Assembly: GCF_964204865.1 (NCBI RefSeq)
Contig: NC_135262.1
Location: 9,486,001 to 9,550,000, forward strand
Reading direction: 5' to 3'
DNA: 64,000 nucleotides
From: Styela clava
Taxonomy: Eukaryota
Part shown: positions 62,194 to 64,000 of the stretch, piece by piece
Layout of the letters: every line of letters starts with the position of its first letter
Position numbering within the stretch: position 1 is the stretch's first letter
Made by a program: the position numbers and the translations under genes
The notes under the pieces: generated by a model
What the model saw: the letters and a program-made list of their open reading frames with translations, nothing else
Database searches by the model: none
Told to the model about the DNA's origin: nothing

Positions 62194-64000
62194 GTCAGGG
62201 GACATGTTGGTTGTGGTCGCGATATGCTTGGCAGTTAACAAAAGTGATTGACTCTCTGTCTACCTTCCGTGGCTGCAAAAACTTTTAATACAGACGCTAG
62301 ATGCCATTGGAGTTATACAAAAAATGCCAAATTTACGTACTTCTTTGTATTTTTTTATACTCACGGCCCTCATTTGTTCATTCTACATATTACTGTGTCC
62401 TGATCTAAAATAAGAGTTCATTATAGTAACTTTATGATATAATTTACTTCCTGAACAGACGTAATTTTGAACGATCGTGTAAAACTAGCTAATTTTCCTC
62501 AAAGTTTATAGTTATAATTTATATGAAGACAAAAATGTCTTTTTCATTTAACTATTGAATCCAACCAGTTCAAATTTTTGAGCCATTTTTTAAACTGGCA
62601 GTTGTAAGCCGTCAACAAGAGATTCACAAAAAGTCGTCTGTGGGCAGCAGAGGTGTGTTGGTTCACCATCAGTGACTGGTCATTTATGTTTGGAGCGTTA
62701 AAGTACGATACAAGGGCTTATCCAATAAGAGCGTTCAACATATAGTTGCCGCATTGTGAGGGAAGACGAGGAAATCAATCTTAAAATCAGAGAACATTGC
62801 CCCACCTGCAATAAGACTTGTACGGATAATGAAAAGCGGATTTACTCAGTGAGACATTTTACTGTAGCATACTATTTTGTGCTTGCTAGGGAAATTGAAA
62901 TAAGTATGTCGTATGTTAGTAACAAAATATCAGCTTGAACAAAAATAAGAGCAGATGTTACTTATATACGTGTTTTCTTCTTTGATCCCATATTACTGTA
63001 TATTCCAGAATACATTTTATTAGCTTCTCTTATTAGCTGAGCACCAAGATTGCTGTCAAGATCAGAGAACAGGTGTGGCAAGGTACAATCCGCTGTTTAA
63101 AGGTTGTATATTATCGGCATTTGTGTACGTATTAGATATATATAATGTCCGAGAATTGACTGACTAGAGTTTGATAAACTTCGTTGACCGAGTCTGACTA
63201 GTAAGCCGACTCTTTGCCCTCAACGCCAACGCGAATGATTAGACGTTAAAAAATCCATATTTGATTTTATTTGTAGATTTTCAAAAAACACTGAATGCAA
63301 TCCTAAAACTTCTCAAGACTTGAAAACGTGATCTCATGATCACGTCGTAAACAGAAATTCTTATTACCTCAATATGGGCAATTATGTACGCCGTACGGAT
63401 AGGAAACGTGATTATTAGGTTTATAAATTAACTTATGATCTAGTACACATTACGTGGCGCCAGTAACATTTATTGCTATCGAAGATGCATTTTTGGAGAA
63501 TCACTGCTTTTTGATTCGCATACTTTTTCACTATAATTTAATATATAGGCCAGGCTCTAATAATATTGTCCATATGTTTTGCATGTAAGTACATATCATG
63601 TAAAGTTTACGTTATTGACTATGCACGCTCGTATGATGTACAGCACGATTTTGCTTTCAACAATTCAAAAGATGCATGTTAAAATATCAGCCGCACGTTT
63701 GACTGGATACAACCAAATTTCAGTAAAGTATTTCGTATTAAATGCATTGTGGCAAGCTGCCCTATATGTACAATAACTAGTCTTTAAGCTTTTTATGTAA
63801 GTAATGAAATAACGCACATACCGAGCGCAAAATCTTTATCAAAATATTTGAAAATTCAACACATTTTCCTGTTTTATCACTCGAACCTATTTGTTTAGGT
63901 ATATTTAAATAACTTTTAATAACTATAAATAACAGATAAATGTTAGAAAAAAAAAATACTTCTATGTATTTGATAAATACCACACCTCATTTAGAAATAT

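Overview
AT-rich, intron-containing animal genomic DNA. Gene content and repeat types suggest an invertebrate chordate such as an ascidian; this is inference. I reconstructed six genes by hand from splice sites and reading frame: (1) an IRF transcription factor (+, 8070-17765) with a degenerate DNA-binding domain; (2) an uncharacterised 298-aa protein (-, 28721-21189); (3) an orphan receptor tyrosine kinase with signal peptide, FN3-like, 2xEGF and TM regions and a non-RD catalytic loop (+, 38112-47556); (4) a secreted short-collagen plus CASPR-type fibrinogen-like protein with a duplicated exon and an in-frame TAG (+, 49919-54033); (5) a TMEM243-like membrane protein (-, 57254-55172); (6) an intronless peroxisomal acyl-CoA thioesterase/BAAT-like gene (+, 59784-61094). 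Non-autonomous DNA transposons are abundant: DINE-1/Helentron-like, hAT MITEs with 8-bp TSDs, and a Merlin-like palindromic MITE. The most unusual structure is intron 4 of gene 2. It holds a 5.7-kb element with terminal inverted repeats inserted in a (TA)n tract, carrying a 95-bp minisatellite, a MITE and a minimal hammerhead-ribozyme core closed by a 45-bp hairpin on the host transcript strand. A 677-bp copy of one RTK kinase exon with flanking intron also sits 46 kb upstream between 58-bp direct repeats.
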